DNA of 53,727 nt from a virus (IMGVR_UViG_3300027721_000020:1-53727), one strand, 5' to 3'; positions 28,254 through 38,368 are shown, counted from the stretch's first letter. Numbers and translations are program-made. Notes: generated from the sequence alone by a model not told the origin.

Positions 28254-29354
28254 TTACCAAGGAACTGCATTAATTTTCAAATAGAAATTATCTGCATACG
28301 TGTCTACAACGGAAAATGCACGGGCTTTTCCATAGATCTTTGCATAAGAAGGGTCAATTTGAGTATAATTCCCTGTTAGGAAAAAACTTTCGTAAACCTC
28401 CCTTGTAGGGTCAATTATCGGGATTTTATTCCACTCAAAATGCCCTACTTCCGTAGATTGTGCGAATACTGCTACCCCATCTTGAAATGGATTCGCTGTT
28501 GTTTTAGCTCCTTCCAAATCCTCTCTCGTTACCTTCTCATTGATAACTTCAAATATCACATTAGTATCAAAATAAGATACCAACATTTCATTTATTTGAG
28601 CCAAATTGGGGCTATTGTCTGCACCAACTAAGGAACCTATCAAAGTGATCGTTTGATTTTTTATTTGGGTGTTTTTTCGCACATAATTGAACCAAGTTTG
28701 GTTGATTTTGATGACGGTGTACATTTTGGAATGAGCTTCCCCAACATCGAGTATCCCTTGTATATCGTCTAATATCAGTGCAGCAGGATTTGCCCATGAT
28801 GTTCCTACATCATCCTTCTGCCAAGCAGCTACGGGATACTCCATTGCGGTAATCCCCTGCATATAGATAGAATTCGCAGATATGAACGAGTATTTGCAAG
28901 CCGAAGACAGCAAGCTCCATCCTATATACGCCATTTGTGCTACCATTGATAACCTTATTTTTTTCAGATCATCTCCGTAAAAATCCAATAATGCTTGCGC
29001 AGCGGAAGCATTTTGCAATTGCTGGAAATTGATTTTTAATTCATTATATTTTTCAATTTCGTCCGCAGTCCATTCATAACCTTTGCCAAAGGTTGTCATT
29101 TCACCGATCACACTTTGGTACCCAGGCCTGCCTGATACAGGAATAACCGAGTTAAGTGACATATGGTCAGCTGCCTCATTCAATGCCGTAGTAGGATTAC
29201 TTATCGTTTTCCAAGTTGTGCTTTTCATATTCTGCACAATAGGAAATGACACCTCCGCTTTGGTTGGCAGAATTGGGTTATCATTGTACCATGCCGTAAT
29301 ATCCTCGATAGATAATACACTGCCTATGGTAACTGGTTTTAATTTTCCTCCCAT
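28254..29354 (-). CDS. Major capsid protein (lambda gpE-like family)
   Basis: 366 aa after scaffold and decoration genes; SWANPAALILDDI motif. Confidence 0.75.
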   Translation of the reverse strand: MGGKLKPVTIGSVLSIEDITAWYNDNPILPTKAEVSFPIVQNMKSTTWKTISNPTTALNEAADHMSLNSVIPVSGRPGYQSVIGEMTTFGKGYEWTADEIEKYNELKINFQQLQNASAAQALLDFYGDDLKKIRLSMVAQMAYIGWSLLSSACKYSFISANSIYMQGITAMEYPVAAWQKDDVGTSWANPAALILDDIQGILDVGEAHSKMYTVIKINQTWFNYVRKNTQIKNQTITLIGSLVGADNSPNLAQINEMLVSYFDTNVIFEVINEKVTREDLEGAKTTANPFQDGVAVFAQSTEVGHFEWNKIPIIDPTREVYESFFLTGNYTQIDPSYAKIYGKARAFSVVDTYADNFYLKINAVPW

Positions 29355-29374
29355 TTTTTTTATATTTGAACTAA

Positions 29375-29947
29375 TTAATACTTAATTTCATTAATATCCA
29401 TCGTAGCTAGGTATAATGGACCTATACGACCTTCGTATATATCTGCACGGACAAAAGCATCTGCCATGAAAATTACCTGCGAATCTGAGGGAACTTGAAA
29501 GGATTCCTTCAATATAGTATTGGCAACATTGCTCAAGGCTCCTGCGGTGGCTCCAGTAGCAGAGGATTGGTATATAAATATACCTGCAGTTGCGGCTTCT
29601 AATGCTGTACCTACGGTAACATCCGAAGTACCGTCTCCATTATCTACAATAGTAGTAATTGCATACGCCTTTCCTCCAGTAGCTTGCATTAGATACTCTC
29701 CAACCTTGAAATTATTGGTATCCGTATCTATTTTGAATATACTGGTAGAAGAACCAGTCAAAAGTTTTGCTTGCTTGCAAACAGTCCTTTTGCCGGATGA
29801 AGGTGCTGTTAAGGGGGTAGCCTCTTCTACAAACTTACCCGTTACCAGCGTAGATAGTACCAAAGAAACCCCTCCGGGCACATCACTAATCCTATTAATG
29901 ATATTTTTCTTTAGCAACTTATCGCTGGATGTTGTTATTTGTTTCAT
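29375..29947 (-). CDS. Head decoration protein
   Basis: DVPGGVSL motif; directly upstream of capsid. Confidence 0.6.
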   Translation of the reverse strand: MKQITTSSDKLLKKNIINRISDVPGGVSLVLSTLVTGKFVEEATPLTAPSSGKRTVCKQAKLLTGSSTSIFKIDTDTNNFKVGEYLMQATGGKAYAITTIVDNGDGTSDVTVGTALEAATAGIFIYQSSATGATAGALSNVANTILKESFQVPSDSQVIFMADAFVRADIYEGRIGPLYLATMDINEIKY

Positions 29948-30632
29948 CTTTTTTCATTTTATTGATTAATACTCTGGCGTCTCTTAATTCTGGAGTCTCG
30001 CCATTCAACTCCGGTAACTTAACCTCACTTTTCGGACTAATTGTATTTAGTCCTTGCTCCTTAGCTGCCTGTACAAAGGCTTTGGTATCGCTTTCTATTG
30101 CGGACAGGTACGATGAAAAACTTTCCTCAGTATCGAATTTTGCAGACTTAAACGAGGTGATAATAGGATTGCTTAAATATGCAGGTAAGCCTGTCAACAT
30201 CTTATTAAGCTTGTCCTGCCTTGTGGTGTCTGTCTTTTCCATCCGTAATGTCAATAAATCGGCATTTAACTGAGATAAAGCCTCTTGTGAAGCTTTGTTT
30301 TGTGCCATTATGTCCAGAATATAATCAGGAATACCCTCTTTTTGTTTTTTCTTTGTCTCCTCCTCTCGGGTTTTCCTTGTATTTTCCTCTTGTGCAGCTT
30401 TTGCCTTGTCGGCTTCCTCTTTTTCCTTCACTTTCCTCAATACATCCGAGGTGTAATGGCTGATATTGCCGTCAATACTCTTAATTGCACTGGATAGCTC
30501 TGCTTTTTGCAGAATTTCATCCGTAGTAATTATTGATTCCAAGCTTTTTGCCAAGTCTTCTAAGGACCTGTCCGATACATTCGAGGTAGTTCCTCTCTGT
30601 ATTTTTAATTTTTGTAGGATTTTTTCGTACAT
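29919..30632 (-). CDS. Capsid scaffolding protein
   Basis: MYEKILQKLK start, K/E-rich helix, IPDY motif; gene order. Confidence 0.65.
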   Translation of the reverse strand: MYEKILQKLKIQRGTTSNVSDRSLEDLAKSLESIITTDEILQKAELSSAIKSIDGNISHYTSDVLRKVKEKEEADKAKAAQEENTRKTREEETKKKQKEGIPDYILDIMAQNKASQEALSQLNADLLTLRMEKTDTTRQDKLNKMLTGLPAYLSNPIITSFKSAKFDTEESFSSYLSAIESDTKAFVQAAKEQGLNTISPKSEVKLPELNGETPELRDARVLINKMKKDETNNNIQR

Positions 30633-30658
30633 GGTATAAAAAATTTAAAAATATATTA

Positions 30659-30666
30659 CAAAGTTA
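30659..30666 (-). promoter_or_regulatory. Bacteroidota -7 promoter element TAACTTTG upstream of scaffold gene
   Basis: Reverse complement of CAAAGTTA; matches TAnnTTTG. Confidence 0.55.
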
Positions 30667-30702
30667 TGAAATTAATTAATAGATAATCTTTTTATATTCA
30701 AT

Positions 30703-31728
30703 TTAAGGGATATTTACAAGAAATTTAGGCTTAGTTTTCCAGTTTTTCCATAGCTTTTCATTGATTTTCACATATGAGGTGAACTTCTTTGGTAGTTTCG
30801 GAACCGCATTAACACTAGGTGTACTAGGCTGCTCTCCAGCCAATATCAAATCAGTATCTTTATCCATTTCCTCAGGAGTTTTGATAATATCTGTGGACAC
30901 ACATTTGCAATTCACATGCCACTTATAGGTAAAATCAAAATCTTTAGGATAATCCCCCTGTAAATCAGTGCAGCTTATGCCTCCTTTGTCGCTTGCAGGA
31001 TTATGACTAGGACTGGTAGTTATCCTCACACCTACTACAAAATCCTGCTGCTTTCTTTTTTCCAAATTGCTTGCCTCGTATGCAAAATTTGTTTCATTCC
31101 TTGTTACACGTAAGGCATTCCTATATGAACTTCGGTATACTCCTTGTCCAGGGGTATACGCCTTCGCAGCTTTGGATAATCTTAATGTACCTGATTCACT
31201 TCGCACCCTTCTGAACAACTTATCAGGAGCATTTAGGTATTGTTGTATCTGCCTTGCTATGGTATCCGCACTGTATCCCCTTCCTATACCTAACTCTAAT
31301 GCCAATTCCATCTCCTGTTTGAATTGCTTCGTATTTTTCCATATTCGGTCGGATAGATTTAACCCGTTTATTTTTCTTGCTACGAAAGCTCTCCTTGCTC
31401 CATCATTTCCTGATAGATATTTATTTTTGAATTGTGTAGGCAATTCCTCTATGGATTTACCAAAGGCATAATAAGCTAATTCATTATTCTTATTAACGGC
31501 TAAATCCCATTCACTATTTATTCCTTCAATAGTGATTCCTTTTACCTCTGAAAATAACCTTTCCAAGAGGGCATTTACTTTTTTGTTAAGTGTAGGATAG
31601 TTTTTGAAATAAAACTCGTCTCCGGGCGTAAAACTAATCGGAATGGCTAATAGAGATATTTCCTTTATTACCTGAATATAGGCTTTTCGTATCTGATCTA
31701 AATATTTCTTCTGATTAGGCATGGTCAA
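30703..31728 (-). CDS. MuF/SPP1 gp7-like minor head (morphogenesis) protein
   Basis: NLSDRIW, RVTRNETNFAY, WHVNCKC motifs. Confidence 0.8.
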   Translation of the reverse strand: MTMPNQKKYLDQIRKAYIQVIKEISLLAIPISFTPGDEFYFKNYPTLNKKVNALLERLFSEVKGITIEGINSEWDLAVNKNNELAYYAFGKSIEELPTQFKNKYLSGNDGARRAFVARKINGLNLSDRIWKNTKQFKQEMELALELGIGRGYSADTIARQIQQYLNAPDKLFRRVRSESGTLRLSKAAKAYTPGQGVYRSSYRNALRVTRNETNFAYEASNLEKRKQQDFVVGVRITTSPSHNPASDKGGISCTDLQGDYPKDFDFTYKWHVNCKCVSTDIIKTPEEMDKDTDLILAGEQPSTPSVNAVPKLPKKFTSYVKINEKLWKNWKTKPKFLVNIP

Positions 31729-33693
31729 CTAGTTAAAATGAATTATTGCCCATACCAGTACATTTGTACCTGCCGTCTTTGATTCCAGAACATGGCCTAT
31801 CTCCCTAAAATGCACAACAGGCGTAGGAATAGCTAAAGTGGTGTCCACACGTCCAGCAGTAGTGCTGCTAGATACCATTATATAGCCTCTGGTTGTTGCT
31901 ACTGCATCAACTAACAACACCTGAGCCTTTCCTGACACAGTTACCCATGTTTCCTGCCCATCTGCGATACCGTCCTCGTATACAATTCCCATAGGAAAAT
32001 CTCCATCAATAGGATTGACCATAAAAGAATTATCAGTTACTGTGGACACAGCTACCACCATACCCTTAACTGAATTGGCTCCTGTTTTGTTTACAATTTT
32101 AACCTTACCTTCATAAGTATCAACATATCCTTTTGTCGGAATAGTATCATTGCCGGTTATTCCAGTAGCTACCTTTGTTAGGGTCTGAGAATCTATTGTT
32201 ATTCCATTAATAGATATTATTCTATTCCTTGAAATAGTAATCCTACTCACTTCATTTCCCCAAAACATTTCTATTTGCTGAGTGCTGCCTTTGTTGACTA
32301 TATGGAAGACATTTTGTATATCTCCTATATCTTGTGTACCGGCACCAGAATTGTACCTTGCAGAAAGTTCCGCAGCGGATAACTTCCAATCATACACAAC
32401 AAATTCATCTATAAGAAAATTAACACATGCCGTAGAACCTCCTGAAATACCGGACAATTGGAATACATCGGCGACTAACAAGGTATCGCTAGCCTCAATG
32501 TTTGCAGAGCTTAAGGATACGGTATCTATTGCATTATTGACGTAGATATTTAATCCTGATAGTGTTCCTGTTCCGTCGTAAATTACTGCTACATGGAACC
32601 AAACGTTCAGATTATCCTCAAAATTGAATGTGCCTCTTTTGCGAATCAACCTACTCGAATTACTCGAGGCTAATACACAATCCAGGAGTCCTGCAATAGT
32701 AACCTTCAAAAAGAACCCATTAGTTTCACTTGACGCTTTGGAAAATAGTATCCTCTCTGCTCCTGATACTGCGGCACATAAAAACCAACCTTCAAAGGAA
32801 AAAGGGGTATTGAAATCAAAACCGAAATCAATAGCATTACTTGAAGCCAATCTTTGTGAAGCTCCAGTAATACTAATACTGGATTCTCCTAATTTTTTCA
32901 ATACTAGGTCCCATACCGGAGTATTGACAAATGATAAGGTCCGTAGATTCCCACTAGCATCACTAGCTATTGTTCCCACGCTATCGTTAAGGTGATACCA
33001 GGCATATGGTGCTTTTGTAGTAGGGATTCCCAATACTATCTCCTTATCGAAAGGGAGAATGATATTTTCAAATTGCAATGTCTCAAAATAACTAATTATT
33101 CGGTTATTTTGTACATATAGATCAAAATTCAACCTGCTTATCTCAATAACATATATAATTGCAGCAGGATTGGAGGGTAGACCACCACTAATAGTATAAT
33201 TGCCATTAATATCAAAACTGGAAACAATGCTAAGGGAGGGGTCAAAAGTAGGTACTCCTTCAATTGAACATACCAAAGCGTCTTCTCCGTTTTCCCATTG
33301 GTTGAGGAGTATAGTTGCACCCTGAGGCTTGCTGATCGTGCCGCTAATTGTCGTAATTTCTGCATAGTAATAAACTTTTAAGATTCTATTTTCAAGATTA
33401 GTAACCCTTTGTGAAATATCGCCCCCGTCCCCGGAGGCCTCAAAAAAATCGGCTGTGGCGGATTCAAACTCTGCTATACTAAGATAATTATCTCCGGGCG
33501 TAGCACTCTTTTGAATGGTAGTTACATCTACACCGTTTATGAAAAACCAATCTCCTATAATCCTGACGGAGATGCGATAACCCACATAACTCCATACACA
33601 AGTTCCTGCTACTAATCCGTGAAAATTACCATGTTCATCCGTATACCCCCAATTACCATTAGGTCTTTTATAAAATTGCCTGTTTTCCATCAC
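31729..33693 (-). CDS. LamG/concanavalin A-like domain virion protein
   Basis: AWYHLNDSVGTIASDASGN, FSFEGWF, WFHVAVIYDG, IDEFVVYDWKLSAAE; DUF2190-like C-terminus. Confidence 0.8.
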   Translation of the reverse strand: MMENRQFYKRPNGNWGYTDEHGNFHGLVAGTCVWSYVGYRISVRIIGDWFFINGVDVTTIQKSATPGDNYLSIAEFESATADFFEASGDGGDISQRVTNLENRILKVYYYAEITTISGTISKPQGATILLNQWENGEDALVCSIEGVPTFDPSLSIVSSFDINGNYTISGGLPSNPAAIIYVIEISRLNFDLYVQNNRIISYFETLQFENIILPFDKEIVLGIPTTKAPYAWYHLNDSVGTIASDASGNLRTLSFVNTPVWDLVLKKLGESSISITGASQRLASSNAIDFGFDFNTPFSFEGWFLCAAVSGAERILFSKASSETNGFFLKVTIAGLLDCVLASSNSSRLIRKRGTFNFEDNLNVWFHVAVIYDGTGTLSGLNIYVNNAIDTVSLSSANIEASDTLLVADVFQLSGISGGSTACVNFLIDEFVVYDWKLSAAELSARYNSGAGTQDIGDIQNVFHIVNKGSTQQIEMFWGNEVSRITISRNRIISINGITIDSQTLTKVATGITGNDTIPTKGYVDTYEGKVKIVNKTGANSVKGMVVAVSTVTDNSFMVNPIDGDFPMGIVYEDGIADGQETWVTVSGKAQVLLVDAVATTRGYIMVSSSTTAGRVDTTLAIPTPVVHFREIGHVLESKTAGTNVLVWAIIHFN

Positions 33694-35087
33694 TATATTA
33701 TTTGATTATTAACGGATAATTCGTCCTCTATTGCCTTTACTTCGCTTGCGTAGTCATCAACCTCTCTTAACAATTCTACACGTGTGGAAAGGCTCATACT
33801 ACCTCCAGCTAATGAGATATACTCAGCTAATTCCTTTTTTGAATTGACCGAATACGGCTGAATTTCACTCCTTATTGAAATGGAATTGAACTCATTGGTA
33901 TATTTGGGTAGAAGTACCGCCAGGAATTTTTTGATTATCTCTAATTCATCGTAGAACATCTTTTCCCATTCACCTCCCAAATCTCGGGCTTTAGCCTTTG
34001 CATCACTGAATAATAATTCCTTGTTCTCTGCACTGGTATTGCTATTGATCATATTGGCAAATGATATATCTGGCATTTGCACCTGTTCAAAAAATGAGTT
34101 GCGAATACGACCATAACGGTCTGCGATTGCTTCTTTAGCTCCTGGCCAAGTAACATCCTGCATAACACCACCCTTTCCTACCAAAATTATATGCCTAGAA
34201 TCTGTGGACTTTTCCGTAACCTCATTTGGACTATTGTTAGTTATCTCACCATAATCCAAAGTGAATGTAGGCAATGAATTTCTTTTAATATAAAGTCCTT
34301 GAAAGCTCTCCATTTCCTCAAGTTGTTCAACTAATGCGGTTCCTGCTTTGCCTCCCCAAACAGGTTCTGGCAACCAAGTATGTACTACTGGAAATACCTC
34401 TAATTTCAACGGACTAGGTGTACTTGTCTCGTCTAATTTCCATCCCCCTCGATTAACATACCTACGAAACTCAGGAGCTACTCCATTAATGTACGTATCA
34501 AAATAGGCTACATTTGCCTTATCCTTGTACGCAATAGACACCACTAATAGTTCACCATTTTCATCATTATTAGCATATATTTTGTAACCATCCATTTCGC
34601 TGTATATAGAATGGGTGAGCTTTTTTGTTACTTGTTCCCCCTCAATTGTTCCTGGCTTATCATATACCTTCCATACAGTTACCACTTCACAACAAGCATT
34701 GACCCGCTTGGCACGTTCTATGTTGGTAGAATCAATATTATTATTTATCCTATATACCTGCTCTATTATAGAGCTTGCTTTTTTTTCAGTATCTGAACCA
34801 GTAAGATAGGAATATTTCCTTTCCGTAGAGGCAGAAAACATAGCCTGTGCAATCCTGGATACGGCAAGCTTTTGAAGGGCTAAAGGTGTACGCTTGAAAT
34901 CGTCCTGCCCTGTTTCCGTTAGTTTAACCGGGTATGCTACGGTATCCCAAATCTTATGCAACATAGGGTCATACTGCGGCAACAAGTCCGTCCATAATGG
35001 AACCGCAAAACTTGTTACCGAAAGTAGTTTGACAATTTCAGAATTATCCGTTAAGGCTAAAATTGCCTCTAATTGACTATTTGTCAT
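33693..35087 (-). CDS. Portal protein (SPP1-like)
   Basis: 464 aa near terL; QMPDISF..SAENKELLFSDA motif. Confidence 0.8.
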   Translation of the reverse strand: MTNSQLEAILALTDNSEIVKLLSVTSFAVPLWTDLLPQYDPMLHKIWDTVAYPVKLTETGQDDFKRTPLALQKLAVSRIAQAMFSASTERKYSYLTGSDTEKKASSIIEQVYRINNNIDSTNIERAKRVNACCEVVTVWKVYDKPGTIEGEQVTKKLTHSIYSEMDGYKIYANNDENGELLVVSIAYKDKANVAYFDTYINGVAPEFRRYVNRGGWKLDETSTPSPLKLEVFPVVHTWLPEPVWGGKAGTALVEQLEEMESFQGLYIKRNSLPTFTLDYGEITNNSPNEVTEKSTDSRHIILVGKGGVMQDVTWPGAKEAIADRYGRIRNSFFEQVQMPDISFANMINSNTSAENKELLFSDAKAKARDLGGEWEKMFYDELEIIKKFLAVLLPKYTNEFNSISIRSEIQPYSVNSKKELAEYISLAGGSMSLSTRVELLREVDDYASEVKAIEDELSVNNQII

Positions 35088-35436
35088 GATTCCTATGTTT
35101 TTGTGATTTTCTCACCAGAGGCGGATGTGTTGCTTCGGATGCCTCATCTTCCTCAGGTAATTCAACCTCATCGTCCACTTCCTCAGGTAATTCAACCTCA
35201 TCGTCCTTAATTTCGGCCTTCCCTTCTGCAATCAATGCTTTTGCAAAATCAATTTTCTTTTTTTCGATTGCACTTTCTGAGGATTCCAGAATAACGGAGA
35301 ATTTATTGGGATTCACCCTTAGTCCAGACTCCATTGTATAATACATTTCCTTTGTGCTGAAATCTTTGGAAATCACTTTCACAATCTCCTTTTCCCCATC
35401 TACCAAAACGGTACTACCTATTTTTATTGTTTCCAT
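35077..35436 (-). CDS. Hypothetical acidic protein
   Basis: 119 aa with duplicated DDEVELPEE. Confidence 0.65.
   Translation of the reverse strand: METIKIGSTVLVDGEKEIVKVISKDFSTKEMYYTMESGLRVNPNKFSVILESSESAIEKKKIDFAKALIAEGKAEIKDDEVELPEEVDDEVELPEEDEASEATHPPLVRKSQKHRNHDK
35148..35206. repeat. 30-bp-period tandem duplication (DDEVELPEE x2)
   Basis: CTTCCTCAGGTAATTCAACCTCATCGTCC at 35148 and 35178. Confidence 0.9.
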
Positions 35437-35460
35437 AATTAATTAATTTGATTATTTATA

Positions 35461-35468
35461 CAAAGTTA
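35461..35468 (-). promoter_or_regulatory. Bacteroidota -7 element TAACTTTG upstream of the 35436 gene and portal
   Basis: Reverse complement of CAAAGTTA. Confidence 0.5.
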
Positions 35469-36716
35469 AGAAAAATATTTTGTTGCAAGCTTAAACGCTT
35501 GTTTTACTGGAGCCATATCCTTTTTGTTTTTTCTTGAAATATACCTGGTGTAGAAATACCTCGCCCCATCTATGGCGTGGTTAAAAGCGTCTACCGGCTT
35601 ATTCAATGGCTTGCCTTGCTTATCAGTATCCCACGTATACCTCCGTAATTCCTTGATCACATTGGTACTATTCTTTGTGACCAGAAAATTTTCTTGTTGA
35701 ATGAGGTCAATACCAAATGAGATACTATCAGGACCTTTCTCTGCTCCCTCTACTGAAAACCCAAATTCATTTACCTCGTCAATAGATTTAGGTTCCGCAC
35801 TATCTGCCACAATTCTGGAATACTTTGTTTTACCTTGTTGTTTCAATAGCATTGCAATATCCTTATTCTTTAATCCTGTTAAGTATATTTGCTCATCCCA
35901 GATAATTGTATTATTCCAGCGGTAGAAGTCTGTTATGGCTGTCGGATGATTAGTATACCCAAAGTCCATCCCCGAACCTAGGTACTCTGCTTCTACTGGT
36001 ATTCCTTCTATTTGCTTCCAATTAGTGAAGACTACTCCCTCTAATACCCCTAACAATCCTAGCCCATATACCTTCCACCAGTTAGCCCAATACCTACTCT
36101 TAATGTTATTAAGGGAAAATACGTCTGGTGCAGCAGGATTATAAAATGCCTTGACCAATGCCTTCTCAATTTCAGTAACCAGACTTTGGGGAAGACCTTC
36201 ATTGTCCTTGTACGTCAAGGTGAGCCATTCAGCATCCTCATCATCCTGCAACTCTGTATGTGACCAAAACTCATTAGTAGGATTGAAGTCTATCCATATT
36301 TCCTGGTCTGTCCTTATCGAAAGGTCATAATAGGTTTGCCACGATAGGTTATTTGCTTCATTGATGAATAATATGTTCCTTCTAGGGCCTCTCACTTTCT
36401 CCGGCTGGTCAGCTGAAAAGAACTCTATATATGAATTATTGGAGAATGTGTAGACAAGGTTAGTACCGTGCCACCTTGCATCAGCATATCTGTTAATATC
36501 CTTCATAATCTTAAGGAAGTCTTTCATTGCACCACGCCTTAGGTGGGGGACTGATTCAGATACTATTGATATTTCAAGATTGGGTGTTTTGATTGCCTTG
36601 TCTATTAGGATAGGGGTGATTCCGAACGTTTTGCCAGCCGAAGTTCCCCCTGGGATTACTTTGATACGCTTGTGCAGCTTTTTGAGCTTATTTATGGCGG
36701 TAGTCCTCTGGAACAT
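35466..36716 (-). CDS. terL: Terminase large subunit (PBSX family)
   Basis: GGTSAGKT, LFINEAN, DFNP, GMDFGY, ADSAEP, NHAIDGARY; likely start MFQRTT. Confidence 0.95.
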   Translation of the reverse strand: MFQRTTAINKLKKLHKRIKVIPGGTSAGKTFGITPILIDKAIKTPNLEISIVSESVPHLRRGAMKDFLKIMKDINRYADARWHGTNLVYTFSNNSYIEFFSADQPEKVRGPRRNILFINEANNLSWQTYYDLSIRTDQEIWIDFNPTNEFWSHTELQDDEDAEWLTLTYKDNEGLPQSLVTEIEKALVKAFYNPAAPDVFSLNNIKSRYWANWWKVYGLGLLGVLEGVVFTNWKQIEGIPVEAEYLGSGMDFGYTNHPTAITDFYRWNNTIIWDEQIYLTGLKNKDIAMLLKQQGKTKYSRIVADSAEPKSIDEVNEFGFSVEGAEKGPDSISFGIDLIQQENFLVTKNSTNVIKELRRYTWDTDKQGKPLNKPVDAFNHAIDGARYFYTRYISRKNKKDMAPVKQAFKLATKYFS

Positions 36717-36717
36717 A

Positions 36718-37290
36718 TTAGTCGGGGAATAAAGGTTGTTCCACACTAATATCCAGCCTGGTGGCGGATTCATATCCCATCAACTTGTCTATCCGTTGTA
36801 AGGCTATTGTCTTTGGGTGCAGCTTTATTTTTACATAGATTACTTCCACCAGCTCTTTGGATACTATTCGTTGTTCGGTTTTGTATTCTATTGATTCGAT
36901 AGCATCCTTCTCATCTGAGGTTAATTTTGTGTACTCTGCCAATTCGGTCCACTTATTGTGTATCTTACCTATGGATGAATACGCTATTTTCATATATTCC
37001 TTAATTTGCCTTGCTTTAGTTATGCCGCACAGTAATTCAAAATCGTCCTTTATATAAGCTATGTACTGCCTTACCTTATTGTTCCTTAATATCCTATTCC
37101 CCTGCACTGCCGCAGTGTTATCCGTGCTACAATCATTGTAAACCTCCTTATAAGCCTGTGTTTTATTCCACCCATTATTAACATATGCCATAGCCATCAT
37201 TTTCCACCTTACAGGCAAATCTCTCTCCAGTGCATACTTTGAATACACCTTATCAAGTTTTTCATGATTCCTCGGTTTTGTCCTTTCCAT
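36718..37290 (-). CDS. terS: Terminase small subunit
   Basis: NKTQAYKEVY..AAVQGNRIL HTH, KIKLHPK..ALQRI; upstream of terL. Confidence 0.85.
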   Translation of the reverse strand: MERTKPRNHEKLDKVYSKYALERDLPVRWKMMAMAYVNNGWNKTQAYKEVYNDCSTDNTAAVQGNRILRNNKVRQYIAYIKDDFELLCGITKARQIKEYMKIAYSSIGKIHNKWTELAEYTKLTSDEKDAIESIEYKTEQRIVSKELVEVIYVKIKLHPKTIALQRIDKLMGYESATRLDISVEQPLFPD

Positions 37291-37316
37291 TTGTCAAATT
37301 GCTATATTGTATAGGA

Positions 37317-37324
37317 CAAAATTA
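37317..37324 (-). promoter_or_regulatory. Bacteroidota -7 element TAATTTTG upstream of terS
   Basis: Reverse complement of CAAAATTA. Confidence 0.45.
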
Positions 37325-37436
37325 ATCAATATTGTGTTATGTGAGGGTACATTTGATATTATTTGCTAATTTTTTAATTTTTTTGCGCTTCTGTATACGT
37401 TGATTTTGTTAGGATTTAAAACTATTTTAAAAATAG

Positions 37437-37491
37437 TTTAAAAATAAGTTTAAAAAAGTTTGGAAATTGGAAAAATAAGCATTAATTTTAC
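37437..37491 (+). promoter_or_regulatory. Duplicated early promoter, copy A (TTTG-N20-TAATTTTA)
   Basis: Near-identical to 47841..47894. Confidence 0.75.
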
Positions 37492-37530
37492 ACTATATTT
37501 ATTTATTGATTCTTTAATTATTTATTCACA

Positions 37531-37547
37531 TAAAAACTTGCAAAATG
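37531..37547 (+). promoter_or_regulatory. Start-associated box TAAAAACTTGCAAAATG, copy 1
   Basis: Exact copies at 37853, 47932, 49653; near copy at 48112. Confidence 0.85.
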
Positions 37548-37796
37548 AAAACATTATTTTTAAGGAAAGTAGAGCGCAATAACAGCTGGTACGGGTTTGA
37601 ATACACAAATTTATCCGAATTAACCCAAGAATTAAAAAGTAGGAATATAATCATAGGTAGTAATTGTACAATAGGTGATTATTGTTCGTTAAACGATAAT
37701 TGTATATTGGAAGATAATTGTGTATTAGGAACTTATTGTGAAGTAGGGGAAGGCTGTAAATTAGGACCCCACTCCTATATTAAAAGGCCAGACTAA
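37545..37796 (+). CDS. Cys-rich hexapeptide-repeat (left-handed beta-helix) protein, paralog 1
   Basis: IGSNCT IGDYCS LNDNCI LEDNCV LGTYCE VGEGCK repeats. Confidence 0.75.
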   Translation: MKTLFLRKVERNNSWYGFEYTNLSELTQELKSRNIIIGSNCTIGDYCSLNDNCILEDNCVLGTYCEVGEGCKLGPHSYIKRPD

Positions 37797-37807
37797 ATTA
37801 AAAAATT

Positions 37808-37840
37808 AAATAGGCAGCTATCAAGTTGCCTATTTGTTTC
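37808..37840 (+). terminator. Hairpin/terminator between the two paralogs
   Basis: AAATAGGCAGCT-ATCA-AGTTGCCTATTT then GTTTC. Confidence 0.6.
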
Positions 37841-37852
37841 ACTTTTAACATT

Positions 37853-37869
37853 TAAAAACTTGCAAAATG
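37853..37869 (+). promoter_or_regulatory. Start-associated box, copy 2
   Basis: TAAAAACTTGCAAAATG. Confidence 0.85.
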
Positions 37870-38193
37870 AAAACAATATTCCTAAGATCAACAGAAAATG
37901 AATTATTAAGCTTCTCTTATTCAGAAATAAATGAATTGGCAATTGAATTAAAAAAAAGAGATATACATATTGATAATACCTGTGTATTGGGAGATTTTTG
38001 TGAGATTGGATATGGTTGTATATTATTCCCACATTGTGAATTAGCATATGGTTGCTCATTAGGAGACCATTGCATACTTTGGGGTGATTGTGTTTTGGGA
38101 GAACATTGTACTTTTGGTGACCACTGTACTGTGGAACAATATCGTACAATGGAAGGCTTTCAAACATTTGGTAATTACTATCATTTTATTTAA
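37867..38193 (+). CDS. Cys-rich hexapeptide-repeat protein, paralog 2
   Basis: MKTIFLR start like paralog 1; LGDFCE IGYGCI LFPHCE LAYGCS LGDHCI repeats. Confidence 0.75.
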   Translation: MKTIFLRSTENELLSFSYSEINELAIELKKRDIHIDNTCVLGDFCEIGYGCILFPHCELAYGCSLGDHCILWGDCVLGEHCTFGDHCTVEQYRTMEGFQTFGNYYHFI

Positions 38194-38209
38194 AAATAAA
38201 TAATATTAT

Positions 38210-38368
38210 ATGAAAAAAGCCGTAATTGTGAAAATGGCTGGAGTAATGAATGGTAATTCATTGTTCGCCATAATGGATGTTAATGGTCGCTGTGAGAGAC
38301 AAATTTGGTCTACAAAGTCTCAAATGTTAGCTACCAAACTTTACCTTCTTTGTGATGAGCCGACTTAA
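38210..38368 (+). CDS. Hypothetical protein, 52 aa (absent from ORF track)
   Basis: MKKAVIVKMAGVMNGNSLFAIMDVNGRCERQIW...; A-rich start. Confidence 0.55.
   Translation: MKKAVIVKMAGVMNGNSLFAIMDVNGRCERQIWSTKSQMLATKLYLLCDEPT

Noticed and set aside
36718-36741. TerS C-terminal EQPLFPD as a beta-clamp-binding motif
   Set aside because: Only loosely matches QL(S/D)LF; more plausibly a TerL-docking tail; no supporting evidence
15411-37057. Numerous plus-strand ORFs within the structural module (and minus-strand ORFs in the replication arm)
   Set aside because: Antisense shadows of long genes with no motifs or start context
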